Numbered from the stretch's first letter, positions 11,763 to 25,665 are shown. The stretch: DNA of 64,000 nt from Paraspadella gotoi (GCA_051294375.1 CM119265.1:15228963-15292962); one strand, 5' to 3'. Program-made: numbers and translations. The notes: a model not told the origin generated them from the sequence alone.

Positions 11763-13277
11763 TCTATCNNNNNNNNNNNNNNNNNNNNNNNNNNNNNNNN
11801 NNNNNNNNNNNNNNNNNNNNNNNNNNNNNNNNNNNNNNNNNNNNNNNNNNNNNNNNNNNNNNNNNNNNNNNNNNNNNNNNNNNNNNNNNNNNNNNNNNNN
11901 NNNNNNNNNNNNNNNNNNNNNNNNNNNNNNNNNNNNNNNNNNNNNNNNNNNNNNNNNNNNNNNNNNNNNNNNNNNNNNNNNNNNNNNNNNNNNNNNNNNN
12001 NNNNNNNNNNNNNNNNNNNNNNNNNNNNNNNNNNNNNNNNNNNNNNNNNNNNNNNGCCTTTCACTCGACCAAGTCTGGGGATTCGCGAAGAATCACCGAC
12101 GCATCGCGATGACCCGAACGAAAAAAAAAGGTCTGAGGCGAATTGAAGGACAGAAGGAAAAAAATGAGATGCGAGGAGGAAAAAGAATTTGAAAGAAATA
12201 AAGAGAAAATAAAAGGAAGGGAAGGGAGAAAAGGAAAGCGTGAAAGCGAACGCAGATGGAGACAGAGAGAGAAGGAAGAAGAGGAANNNNNNNNNNNNNN
12301 NNNNNNNNNNNNNNNNNNNNNNNNNNNNNNNNNNNNNNNNNNNNNNNNNNNNNNNNNNNNNNNNNNNNNNNNNNNNNNNNNNNNNNNNNNNNNNNNNNNN
12401 NNNNNNNNNNNNNNNNNNNNNNNNNNNNNNNNNNNNNNNNNNNNNNNNNNNNNNNNNNNNNNNNNNNNNNNNNNNNNNNNNNNNNNNNNNNNNNNNNNNN
12501 NNNNNNNNNNNNNNNNNNNNNNNNNNNNNNNNNNNNNNNNNNNNNNNNNNNNNNNNNNNNNNNNNNNNNNNNNNNNNNNNNNNNNNNNNNNNNNNNAAAA
12601 AAATTAATGGAGTTTTAATCGAAGTTTTAATTTCCGTTTGAATTCTTTTTGATGAATTGGATGGCTGCTTTCTGCAGTTTGTAGAAAGGCTCCGTACCCT
12701 GTCCACAGGTAATTCTAAGTAATATACATATTAACATTAATTAACAGCTTTTTTAATTTTTTTTTTTTCAAATGAAATTGTTTTCCTAATAAAGAGAACG
12801 AAAAAAATAAATAGCAAAACAGGGAAGAAAAAATTTCACAAACGTCGCTTCCACAGTATTTTAGAACTCCTTCCATTCACGGATAAAAACTTACCCGAAA
12901 GTGAGAAATCAAAGAAGATATAACTTCACCTCATCCGCTTTACAGTCGCCTCTCCTCCTTCATCTCTCTCAGTCGGCATCTTCTTTTTCGCCTCGGGTCT
13001 CAAACTCTCACTTCACTTTGAGCCACAAAGAAAAGAAAAAAAAAAACTCGTCTGAAATCGATTATCGTCCATTCAAAATGCAAGAAAGATCTGACAGGAA
13101 GGTGCCCGACTTCGACTAAGACTTACTGTCAATGCGACAGCTTGCGCCAGTTCAGCCTGTTTCTTTATTTCCTTTTCTTTTTTTAAATGAATCAACTCGA
13201 GGCAATTTTTTTTTTTAAAATCGGATATGTACAGGACAGGAAGGAAAGGAGGAACTCTAAGGACCGAGTATAAGAAA

Positions 13278-13279
13278 AA

Positions 13280-13374
<95 letters not shown>
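13278..13374. repeat. (GAAA)n microsatellite (others at ~41765-41835, 51290-51420, 55905-56000, 56692-56785)
   Basis: Direct reading. Confidence 0.95.
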
Positions 13375-13375
<1 letters not shown>

Positions 13376-15604
13376 GTGAACGAGAGAGGGATTGGTCCAT
13401 GCGACTCAAAATTCGGTGAACGAAAATCACCGATTAACCGGAGGGTCAATGCCTTTTTTTTTGGGGGGGGGGAAGGAACTCGCCAGGCTCCTCTCACCCC
13501 TTACATTCTCGGATCTCACCGCTCCACCCTTCAACCTCAAAAGCTCTTCCAAATTCGCTTTCCAAAAATAACTTTTCTTTGGACCCGCATCGCAGTTGGC
13601 CCGCGGCCAAAAGACCGCAGAGATTCGGGTTTTTTTTAAAATGAGGGTGGCGCGCTAATCGATTCAAAATCCGGTTTTCTTTTTTTAAATAAGATTATTT
13701 ATTTCTAGTTGTCATTTGGTTTTGTCAATAGAAAAATGAGGGTCTCTTGGGGTTGAGGCTCGCCACGTATCAAACTGCACCGACGCTGTCAACTTTAGTT
13801 TAGATCGAATATCAAATATTTAAAATACTTAAAAACCACTACATACTACGTTTATCAGTTTTTAACGAAAGAGGCTGTGAAATAATTATCATATTATCTT
13901 TTGTTTCGTATCAAAAATGACAATGATAATGAATCTTATATTATTGGTTAGAATACGAGGAAAATAAAACTTAAAAATTCAAGTCAACGCCAACTGGGAC
14001 AGAAGATCGCCAACGGGAGACAAGAACCTCGGAGCCACAATCAAGGAGACCAAGAGGCAAAGAGGCAAAGAGTTCGAAGCCCAAATCAAAGAGAAAGAGG
14101 GAAACGTTGTTTGCACAAAGTCTGAACCTCGTCTCAACACGTCGCCCGTCGCCAACTCATTTCCTCGCCGACTTTTCACCGTCTTGCAGATCCGACAGAC
14201 CGACCAAAACGCGGCCGCCTACCCCGCCACCCTTTTCAGTCACACCCAATCACCCATAGACCTCATTAAAGGCGACAACCACATCAAGGCCCGCATCACG
14301 ATGGGTCATACGCGCCAAAATCCTTCAAAGACCATAAATCAACAACCAGCCTTCCCGGAACCCCCAGAACCCTGGATCAAACTCCTCCACTCACAAAACT
14401 CATTTAAAAACCTTTCGAACATAAAGAAACGGTATGCCTCATCTAGAATTGCCCTATCAAGAAACGCGCCTAACCCCATTTCTTCCTTCCACCTCCATTC
14501 AAGAAACGCCCAGCCCCCGCGTGGAAAGTTGGACGCGTGATGTTGATAAGCCTCGTCGAAGTAAGTGGCTCAACCATCCGACGCCTCCAGAGGAGGAGGA
14601 GGAGGAGGAAGAGGAGGAGGAGGAGGAGGAAAGGCAAGGAGCCTCCAAAACACGTCACCAGTTTTTCATCAAATCCTTCAACAAACTGATTTATTTTGTA
14701 AACAAGACGCCGACGACGACGAAGGCGACGACGAGAAAGACGACGCAGTGGAAGGAGAAGACGTTGACGACGACGACGACGACGACGACGACCACGACGA
14801 CGACGCTAGAAAAGAAGACAACGAATTTGGTAGGAAAAAGAAAATTTAAAAAAGAAAAGTTTTTTCTTGATCGAAAAGACAAGTGATCAAGAATCGTTTG
14901 TTTGGATGCCAGAAGAACTTCGATTGAGCGCCGCCTTCAATTGAGCGTTAGTCCTTGAACCAGACTTTACGCTTAAGCGTGGATGCCCGCCCTAATCCAA
15001 TCGATCAGAGTCAAACCGTTACCTGGTAACGAGCGATCGTTTTAAACTGTTCAACTTTGTCTCCAAAACCTCACGATATTATGGTTGCCGGAAGGTTTAC
15101 ACACAACAAAGAACGACAAAAGCTCAATTATCACGAGAATCACAGTGATAATTCTTAGTCATTTGTAGATAGAAAATAAAAAAAAAAGAATAAAAGAGAT
15201 AAAAGGGTAAAATAGAGAAGAGAAAGGCCGAGAGCGCGCCACGGTGGCGAGTGAAGCCTCCATCATTTATTCATGCTGTTTTCGAAGCTGAACAGAGAAA
15301 AGAAAAAGAGAAGAAAAAAACAGAGAAAAGAAAAAGAGAAGAAAAAAACGTTTGGGGGGGGGGAACGATGGGAAGGAAAAAGATATTCTTTACCGGAAGT
15401 CGTAACGGCATCTGGCGTTGAATAAATAAATCAATATCTTATTAATGTTCCCGAATATTTTATTTGGCCTTTAGTCGATACATGATGTATGGAGGAGAAT
15501 AGGGAAACTGTACTCTGCGTACAGCTGTTCAATGTCCCCGTATTCTTTTAATATATTTAGAAATAGGAAAAAGAAACAGAGTATTCGACAATTTTTAATT
15601 TAAA

Positions 15605-15735
15605 AAGGAACGGTTGCGTTTTTAACGTAAGTGGAACAGACCGACGGACAGACATACCGACGAACCGACGGACCGACGGACCGAAATGTGACTTATAGAG
15701 TTGCTCCGCGAGTACTCGCGGCGCAACTAAAAATC
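15605..15735 (-). mobile_element. DINE-1/Helentron-like (HINE) element terminus
   Basis: The minus strand reads TTTTT-AGTTGCG-CCGCGAGTACTCGCGG-AGCAACT-CTATAAGTCAC followed by a (GTCC/GTCG/GTCT)n tetramer microsatellite. A T-run, terminal hairpin and tetranucleotide microsatellite is the layout of DINE-1-like elements. Confidence 0.6.
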
Positions 15736-16049
15736 CGGGCGAACCAGCAATCGGTACGGCAGAGCAAGAAACAGAAAAGGAAGAGAAAAAAAAATAAGTG
15801 GACGGTAAATTACCGATAAACTTTTCCGTTTCCATTTTTTTTTGATAGGACTCTTCGTTATTATTCTTTTTTTTTGTTGTCATAGCAACGCCAAATCGGA
15901 AGAAAATAAACGAAAAATTATATTAAAAAAATTAAAAAAAAGAAGGACGAACCGAAGGAAAATCGTATTACGAAGACAACCGACGATGAGCGATCGATCA
16001 AGTGACGGAGAAAGGCGACGACGACCAGGACAATCAGGACAACGATAAA

Positions 16050-16109
<60 letters not shown>
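16050..16109. repeat. (GAC)n microsatellite (many others, e.g. 8756-8810, 20310-20376, 22357-22455)
   Basis: Direct reading. Confidence 0.95.
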
Positions 16110-17650
16110 CGTAACTATAATAATCCGTCGGATATTGATCAGGGGAAAAAACAAAGGAAATGAACGTCGATGTTTCCGTAACTAAAACGACAGTTTGTTT
16201 TGTTTCCATTCCTGTTCTATCACCAGTATACATTTCTCGGGAAAATGGAGGATTGTACTCCAATACGCCCCCCTTCCCCCCCACCTCCTCAACCCTGTTT
16301 CGCTCTCTCGACTGTTCGTTTGTTTGTTCGGCTCCGCCATCTCTCGACGCCGTTTCCCCGGTTCATTCTCTCCATTCTCGCTTTTATGGTTCCGCACCAG
16401 AGTTCCGACAGCACATCATCCATTTTCCTCGGAATAAAACTCAAATCATTTATCTCCATTTTCTTCTTCTTCGACTTCCTCCTTTTTTTTTCTTCTTCTT
16501 CTTCCTTCTTATTCTTTCTTCTTCTTTTTCTTTGAGAACTCCGCCCCGGTCCTTTCTCAACCCCTTCTTTATCCCTCGATCCTTTATCCCTCTTCTATAC
16601 CCCTTTTCGATAATCGCGAACCCCTGGCCTACCCTGCTCTCATTTCCTACTTTTCTCTTAACTTTTTAGCAACGCCTTCTCTTTTTCAACCTTTCCCTCT
16701 TTTCTCTTTCCTCTTTTCTCTTTTATATTTTCTCTCTTCTCTTTCCTTTTTCTTCTTTTCTCTTTCCTCTTTTCTCTTTCCCATGATTTTTTTAACAATT
16801 TTTTCTCGTAGAACTTACTTTCTTATCTTCATCACGTACATGTACCGATAATATTTTTTCCTAAAATATTATTTTTTCACCAAAGTAAAATTTCAAGCTT
16901 CAGCTTTGGACTGAAAAGCGTCAACTGTCACTCCGAACCCCCAACTCTGAGAATCTTATTTTCCCCACGCCCCTTCCACCCTTTTCCACTAGAGCCATCC
17001 AAAGGGTCAGGGTTTCTCGCCAGCCGTAATTACCATATAAAGGTCCGGCTTAAACCCGACCACGAACTCTCGACCTCGCAGCCACTACGGGACCACCGAA
17101 ATAAGCCGGGGCGGTTCCAGTTTTTATTGTCGTCGTCAACGACGTCGTCGTTTCCAGGTTTCTCGATTTCGGAGTGACGAAAATATTTTTTTTTTTTGTG
17201 ATCGCGCTGCGCGGAATCCTCTTGGCGCTACGCTGATCGGCTTCACGTTATAGAGAATTTCTGAGAGAACTTATTACTGTTTTACAGCAATGACCCGCAG
17301 TAGTTGAGAATGGAGCCAGTATCCGTCCGGAGCCAAAAGGCGATGCCATGAGAAGAAGCAGCTGTTCATGTGTGGGCCCCTTAACTTCTCTTTCTGTCTC
17401 TTTGGCGCGCACGCCTGTCTCTCCTTCTGTCTGTCTTTCTGTCTCTTGCCTCTTCCTCTCACTTGGCTCTTTCTCGTTATTTTATCGCGATTGAGGTCGC
17501 TACTGGCCGTCGGGTGAACCCGAATAACGAAAGAAAAACAAATCGGCAACGAGGAGAAACTTAAAAGGGCCGGCTCTCACAGTATCGTCTCGCCAGGATG
17601 TTGGAGAGGAGAGAGAGAGAGAGGCTGAGAGAGAGGAGACGAGAGAGGAG

Positions 17651-17683
<33 letters not shown>

Positions 17684-18092
17684 CAGGCGCCGGGGAAAGG
17701 GGAATCTTATTTTTTTAAGAAGACGGGATGAGATGCTAGTGTTGAGTTATAAGTTAAGAAACAGAGAGAGATAAAGATGGAGGGATACATGTGACAAATA
17801 ATAATAAATAAATAAATAAATAAATAATAATAGGATATAGAATAAAAGAAAATTTTCGAAAAATTAAGATTCGTTTCAATAATTATATTTGTTCCAATGC
17901 GCAATGTTGCGTTTTGTTGTTTATAGTTATTCCTTCAACAAGAAAGTGAGAATTGAAATCCTTCCCACAGTTTTTTTATAACGGAACAGGTAAGTCGTCG
18001 GGAGTTTTTAATTAAAACGCGCGCTCCATCTTTTCTTTCTGTTTGATTAGGGCCGGGGAGCAATTTAAAGTCTTTCGAGCAACGGAAATGGC

Positions 18093-18165
<73 letters not shown>

Positions 18166-19891
18166 TGTGTGTGAGTGTCTATTTCGGTCGGTCTGACTGA
18201 GAGCTAAATCGAGCGGTAAAAACTGAAAATCGCTGAGCGTAAAGAAAAAAACAAAGACAAAGTGACAAAAACTGAAATGTTAAACCGTCGAGTAAATCAA
18301 TAGTTTAATTTTGAATACAATATTTTAACAAAATTATTAAAATCTGGTCGATTTATTGCCGTCAAAAGAAGAGATCCACAAAAAAATCACCTAAAAGAAA
18401 ATTCGATTTGACAGATGACGCGATGCGGCAGTCTCATCGGTGTCGGCGGCTGCGGCGACTGCGGCGGCGGCGGAAAATCGGGAGATGAGAAACAGAGACA
18501 ATTTATTGTCCGAAACTAAAGGGAGATAAGTCGCAGGGTTCCCTCGGCCTCGAGAGGAAGTTAGTTGGTGAAGGCCGTCGGCATCTGGATGAAAATCGCG
18601 GAGGCGCGTGGCGATGACAAAGAGAGAGAGAGAGAGAGAAGAGAAGAGAGAGGAGGAGAGAGAGAGAGAGAGAGACCGAAGAGGAGAGAGAGAGAGAGAG
18701 AGATCGTTTTGTCGGGAGGGGTGTGATCTTGTCTAGACTTTTCAAGAACTGAAGAAGTACTAATTGGCAAAAACTGCAGTGTGGATCTCGAAAGAAAAAT
18801 GTGGTCAGCACCAGGTCTGTTTGATCTTCAACCGAAAACAATATCTAAAATACGGTAGACAAATGGGCATCGAACGACGAAAAGGAAAAAAATACTGGGA
18901 ATTGTTTTTCTTTCTTGTCTACGTCGACGATGTCGTCTTAGTTGTCGTTGTTGTTGTTGTTGTCGTTGTGAAGAAAAAAAAACGAGTGACATTCGGAATC
19001 GCTGACCTCAATACCATTCACTGCGCCCACGCCCGCCAAGGAAAACCCCCGGACGGAGAGAGAGAGAGAGACGAGAGAGAGAAGGAGAGAGAGAGGAGAG
19101 CGAGAGAGAGAGACGAGACGGAGAGAGAGACGGCGAGGATTGGAAGGAGACAGGAAGGAATAGAGAGCGTCTCACATATTTAGGACGAATGTCAGAAAAT
19201 GACAGCGAAAAGAGAAGATCAGCGGAAGAGACAAGAATTTTTCTATGACCTCTCACCTGTACTGAAGGGGAAAGAGGGTGGAGAGGGAGAGAGAGAGAAA
19301 TAAAGGGAAGAGCGAGAGAGAGTGAAAGAGAGAGACAGAGCGATCCCGTCACCCATAAAGTTTTGGGGTCATGGATTCCACGAAGCGCACTCGACGTAGT
19401 TTGGCTCAGGTTAAGTCTCGAGCTTGCGCCGGTCTAGTCTCACTCCTATTATCTCTATCTCTCTCTCTCTCTCTCACTCTCACTCTAGCTCTCGCTCTCT
19501 CTCTCTCTCTGCCCTTTGTCCCGGTTTGTCGCAGTTTTTCTCTCTCGTCGGTCCAACGATTTTCGCTGAGAGGATTTTTCGTAGTAACTCGGTTAACCGA
19601 AAAAGGAGGAAGGAAGGAGTCGGGCAAAAGAAAGAGGATAAGGAATGAACGAGTGAACGATATAGAAATGATGGGAGGTGAAAAGAGAAGGAGAATCCAA
19701 CTGAGAAATAAATAGAATGTAGAAATTGATCAAAAATAAAGATAAGAATCACGACAAAAGAAAGTAAAGCGATTAAGAAAAGGGAAAAAAAAGGAATATT
19801 GAATAAGAAAAGGAAAAAAGGGGGAAACTTTTACAACGAAAAAAGCTCAAGAAATAAAACGACGTTTGGAACAGAAAAACGGCGACAGATT

Positions 19892-20011
<120 letters not shown>

Positions 20012-20341
20012 CCCAGGGAAAAAAAGAAAAAGACGACCAGAGTTCATTCTGGTTTTCGGTCGTCGACAAACAAAGCGTCGTCGTCGTCATTGCGGTCGTC
20101 GTTGCAGATTGCCAGATTCGTTGTCAGAATTGTGCAGAATGCAATGCTGCTCTCGCTGTTTATTCCATCCCAACTCCTCCGATGAGATTAAATCGAAAAT
20201 TCACTCTGAATGCAGATTCCACAAAAAGACTCGAGTCCGAGACGCGATCTGGCGACGTTGCCGTCTCGTGCCAACCGCTAGTACGGCCTCCCACAACGGA
20301 GCCTGGTAGTCGTCGTCGTCGTCGTCGTCGACTTTTTTGCA

Positions 20342-20376
<35 letters not shown>

Positions 20377-20679
20377 AATAAAAATTTCCGGCCTGTCACC
20401 GCCACGTCTGACGTCGAGTCACGGCGTCACGCCTCAACGCGCCGCTTTCACGCCAGGCAGCGCCGCCACGTTTCTGCCTTAAGCGGCGCGGAGCCTCAAG
20501 ATTACGCACGGAGCCCTAAAGCCCTGCAGGGTTCCTGCGGCGCCGCGATGCAGCGTCCACGCCTCGAATTATCGTCCCTTTTTCTGTTGGTTCGCGTTTT
20601 GAGCCTTTTTTCGAAAGTCGAGAACGGAGGTGAAAAAGTTTGTTTATCTCGTTGTTTATCTTCTCAAGAAAAGTAGCGA

Positions 20680-20732
<53 letters not shown>

Positions 20733-21344
20733 CTCTCATCTCTCTCTCTCTTCTCTCTCTCTCTCTTTCTTCTCTTCTCTCTCTCTCTCGCTCTCTTGCT
20801 CTTCATGTCGTTTCCGAAGTCGTTTTCTCTCTCGATAGCGTTTTCGTTCCTCAACGATCCCAGGCCCTACTTTTTACGCCTCCCGCCGCCGCCGCCGCCA
20901 GCGTCACCGCCGCCGCAGCAAAGACCGCCACGCCGGCTTCCGCCGCCTCCGTCAGCTGCCCGCTCCTCCCGCCTCCTCCCTCTTCGCCTCTAGAAACTCC
21001 GCCTCCGCTCCCTTCTCCTGGCCCCTTACTTTTTCTCGCCAATCGGATTCGCAGCTTAATTTCACAATACCTTCACAAGAGTCATTCACTTAAGACCCCA
21101 TTTTCTCCTCCAGTCGCCTCTCGTCTCTTATCGTCATTTTTTCCCCCCAACTTTAAATCCGTAATTGAGTCATTCCTCTCTTCTCTGTCTATTTTTTTAT
21201 TTATCCACTAATCCTACTTTAACTGACCTGGCAAGATCCTGAACTTACCCAAACTCGAGTACCCACCTTCATTCTTCAACGGCTGAGCTGACTTTTTTTT
21301 CTCAGTTTGAACTCACCAAATCGGTTCTAAATTCGCCAACGCGC

Positions 21345-21450
21345 AACATCAGATCTCGATCGCCATTCTCTCTCATCCTCTCAACATCAGATCTCAACAT
21401 CTCATCATCTCAACATCAGATCTCGATCGTCATTCTCTCTCATCCTCTCA
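21345..21450 (+). repeat. Local duplication of a ~39-bp unit CAACATCAGATCTCGATCGYCATTCTCTCTCATCCTCTC with partial copies between
   Basis: Two near-identical copies at ~21345 and ~21410. Confidence 0.8.
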
Positions 21451-22356
21451 TTTTTGCGCCTCATCTCCCGACGCGCTTTATTATTCCTCGTAAGACTCTT
21501 AGAATGGGCGCCACGTCAATAAAGATTCGCGCCGGTGTCACACGCGCGGAGACGAGCCTCACCCAAACTCACCCCGCTTCTCGTCGTCGTCTTCGTCGTC
21601 GCCGGCTTCGTTGTCCTTTTTCGTTTCCGGCCGAACGAAAGTAACCGGCGGCGGTTTTTAAGGCGGCGTTACGCTTCCGGTTCGCCGCGCAGTGCCGGTC
21701 GACGCCGCGTTACGTCCGTTCTACGCGACGTTACTTCCGGTTTGACGCCGAGCCGCGTGGGAAATAAAGGAGGCGTGGTCGAACGTCGTCTGGGGAGAGT
21801 TAAAAAAAAAAAGACGGTGACGGAAATCGAGCGAAAAAAAAAGAAAAGAATGAAATCAGAAAATCGCATGAATGTACAGTAAATAATGTAATTAGTTAAT
21901 TGTTTAACGGATTGAAAAAAGTTACATGTACCAAGGATTATTTATAAAAATTGCAAAATTACTTGTTTAATTAGACTAAACTTAAAAATTTATGTAATGT
22001 AAACATTAATGTAAAAGAAAAAAATAATTTTGATGTTTGTTGGTCGCCTAAAATGGATTCGTTTTAATTTTACTTTTCTTTTACTGTCGCACTCTGAGTT
22101 TCACAGTCCCGGTTTTAAAAGCGAATTAAATTTCTATCGTCTTTCACTGAAATACTTTTGTGAACTCTTTGTGAACTCGCTTAGACAACATCGCTCTACC
22201 AGGAAAAGAAAAAAAAACTGATTTTCTCGCAAGAATCCCCGGGGAGAAAAATCATTTTCGTTCTGAATGAGAAAATGGCGAGGAAGAGAATACAAAAGAA
22301 ATTAAAAGGAATTAATAGGAGGGGAAAAATGAAAAATCGATAGACTCGAGAGCAAA

Positions 22357-22406
<50 letters not shown>

Positions 22407-24899
22407 AGACGACGAAGACGACGAAGACGACCACGACCACGACCACGACCACGACATCTATCGTCTAGGGATCGAACTGAAATATTTGATGAAGAACAAA
22501 AGATTCGAAGCAAAAAAAAAAAAGGGGTGTCTTCGAGGGCTCGAGGCGCTGTCGAACGTTTACGAAGATGGAGAGGATGAGGAATTTAAGAAGAGCGTGA
22601 AAGAAGGAATTAGAACAAATTTGCTAAAAGGGGGAATCTGGGTGGAGGAGCGGGCTAGAAGAAAAAAGCCTAAAAAATTAATAGGAGGAAGTTTAAAAAG
22701 AAGTGATATGTAAAGAACACAACATTTTAAAGAGCAAAAAATCAAGAAAAATCAATTGCTTGCGCCAAAGCGTTGAGCGGCGCTCTTTTTTTTCCTGACT
22801 GACAAACACTCCACTAACTGGAATCGATACCGAAGCAAAAAGACAAAAAAATCTCCTTCCAACCGACGGGAAATGAGCAACAAAGGGCAAAGAAGGTTCG
22901 AGAATCTTCGCTGAGAAAAAAGACTTTGGCTGCCATCTTTGATTCGACGAGCCAAACGGGTTGGCCGGTTGGCAGGCAGAAAAGACAAAAGGCCCTCTAA
23001 CAGCCATCCGCCATCTAGAGGCATAAAAGGCAGAACTTCTTCAAGATTTTTCCCCTTTTGTTTTTTTTTTTTCTTTCTCCGCGCGGAGTCGAAGGAATCT
23101 GTTGAGGCGATGCTAATGGGATGCAATATTCATGAGGGAGGTAAGTCAGAGGGAGGAAAGGGTGATGAGAGGGTGAGTAAACGAGCGTCGCGAGGTCAGG
23201 CGATAGGGTGATCATCGTGATTAAGCGATTAAGGGTTGGGGTCTCGCGGAAGAGGTAGGAGTAGGTTTGCTAGGGAGGTTTTATTTTAATGTTTGTCATA
23301 TTATACAAAAAACGATAAATTTACTCATGGCTCGACGAGAGTCCGGATGCAAGATACTGTAGGACGGTAAACTGCTCGCGGCATCGTCTTCCACAATACG
23401 TAGTTTGTTCATTGAATAAATAAACTAATCATTCTTACATTGATTTTAACAATATCACACGTTTGTAGATAAGAGTAAGCACGATAAAATGTCCAAAGGG
23501 AAAGGTAAAGCATCGCGGTAGGGAAGGCTAACCTTGGTTAGTAACCAAGGACAAGAAAAAAAGGAAAAATCCAGGGATATTGAGTCCCAGAATCGCGGAA
23601 GAAATCCGCCAAAAAAAAAAAGAAGAAGAGAAAGAAAGAGGCGGCCATTTTGAAAAGGAAGCGACGGAGATGAGCGGAGAATCATCTTTCTCATAATCGT
23701 CGACGCAATTAAAGTCTTCCTTTCGTTTTGGTTTTAGCGGCGGCGAGAATTTGCATAAAGACCCCGCGAAAAAACAAACGCCTCCCGGTTTTTAAACAAA
23801 CTATTTTTTTTTGGGGGGGGGTGATATTTTTTTATGACTTCATTCCTTAATTTTTTTTTCCTTTTGGCTAATGATTTTTTTTTTAATATTAAACTGGACG
23901 AAGCTGAAGGAAATTGGGGTTCTAGTTTAAGCCCAAATATTCATGAATATTAATGGTTTCGCTACAAACGTTGCATTTAGGAAAAAAAACTACTCTTTTC
24001 AAGATTGTTCAGTTGTTGCTTACAATGTTAATTTAATTTGTATCATAACACAAATTAGGGCCAAACTACGGATTGGTTAAAACCATCTCCACCCGTTTCT
24101 AATGATATAAGAGTATCATTTTTACAACTTTTAGGGGGAAAAAATCGTGTCCATTTTTGTCCATTTTCACTTTCGTCTTCTTGTTTGAATGGCGAGGAAA
24201 GTTGACAAAAATGTTTTACTTTGGATTTCGGTTCTTCTTTATCTTCTTTACCTCTGCGATCACTCGTCACTTTATATGACGGATCACCGAACTTTTCAGA
24301 TTCACCTTTAAGTGAAACTTCCCGCTCGTCTCCGATCTTCGATAAAATAAATAAAAATTTAAAAAAATGCAAAAGAAAGAAAATTGTTTTCGCTCGCGCG
24401 CGTTATTTTTTTCTCTCCGCGCATGCGCGTAAATTTTTTTTTTTTAATGTTTATTTTTAAAAGATGAAAAATCTTGACAAATGATGTTTTCGCTCGAGAT
24501 GATTTCGAGAACGAGGCTTCATCCTCGTCTCCGGACTCAGACTTATTTATCTTCTCGTCTTCGTTTGAATTCATCTTTATTAGGAGCAACAAAGGAAATT
24601 CAATCTCGTTTGCATCGAGGGAGAAAAAAATCGTTTTGTTTGTTTTTTGTTTATTGTTTATCGTTCGAACTCTTCGCGCGTTCGGTAGCGAATAATCTTT
24701 CCGACCTCTCATCGCAAGCTTTTTTGTTTTTCGTCGTTTTGTTTTGTTTTGTTGTTTAGGTTTTTTAAACAGTTTTTATTACCGCAAATTGAATGAAAAC
24801 AAGAGGAGTTTGAGGGAGTGAAGAAGGGGGATGAGAAACAAAGTTAGTTTTCGTTCGAAATGTTGACAAGTTAAAGGTCGTCTGATGAAGGAAGAGTTA

Positions 24900-24954
<55 letters not shown>

Positions 24955-25152
24955 TAAGGATATGTCATTTTTATCTAAAATCTCAAGAATAGCCTGCCCA
25001 TAGGCTGCCCATAGGCTNNNNNNNNNNNNNNNNNNNNNGATGATGTTGATTAAATAATTGAATAATTTTTTTTATATTGGTTGTATAGAGAGAATAGAAA
25101 TTAGTCTGCTTTGCGTAGTGAAAGTCACGTATGAAAATTCTAATTGTCAATT

Positions 25153-25665
25153 ATGAACAACGTACCACCAGTGAACATTAACTTATAAAAAAAATTAAGT
25201 TTATATTTTTTTAATTTTCGCATTAGGCTATTTATATCCTAAAGTTAATTAAAAAATCCAAAAATTTCAAAATGGACTTTTTCTTAATTTTGATGGCAGA
25301 TTTGAATTCCTCGTCAAAAGTTGATAAAAGAAAATATAACTCATTTAAAAAAATTCTTTCATTACGTAAGTTAGAAATTAAAAAAAACTATATTTAATAT
25401 ACAAAAATTTAATTTGCAGCTTAATATATAGGTTTTTCTAATTTTTGACCAACTTAATGTAAGAATTTTTAAAAAAGAGTGATATTTCTTTGCAACAACT
25501 TTTTATGACGAATCCAAATCTGCAAAAAAATCTGATAAAAAACTTTTTAAAATTTTAAGATTTATAGGGTTAGTACTATATAGAGTATATAAATATAGCC
25601 AACTGCATAAATTGCAAAAATTATAATAACATTTTTTTATACATTAACGTTGTTCAATGTTCATT
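25153..25665. mobile_element. AT-rich imperfect foldback/MITE-like element
   Basis: Degenerate inverted repeat centred at ~25410. GCAGATTTGAATTCCTCGTCAAAAGTTG..AAAAAATTC (25296-) pairs with GAATTTTTAAAAAAGAG..GACGAATCCAAATCTGC (-25523). Outer parts TGAACATT/AATGTTCA and GGCTAT/ATAGCC also pair. Confidence 0.55.

Larger units (their letters stand above)
8612..15134 (-). repeat. Right arm of the giant inverted repeat
   Basis: Reverse complement of 1-8465 minus the 1.2-kb LTR insertion. Four N-runs replace the microsatellite blocks present in the left arm. Confidence 0.95.

Noticed and set aside
17040-17120. Second tRNA-like or SINE sequence on the minus strand
   Set aside because: Only a vague GAGTTCG B-box-like motif; no convincing A box or cloverleaf.
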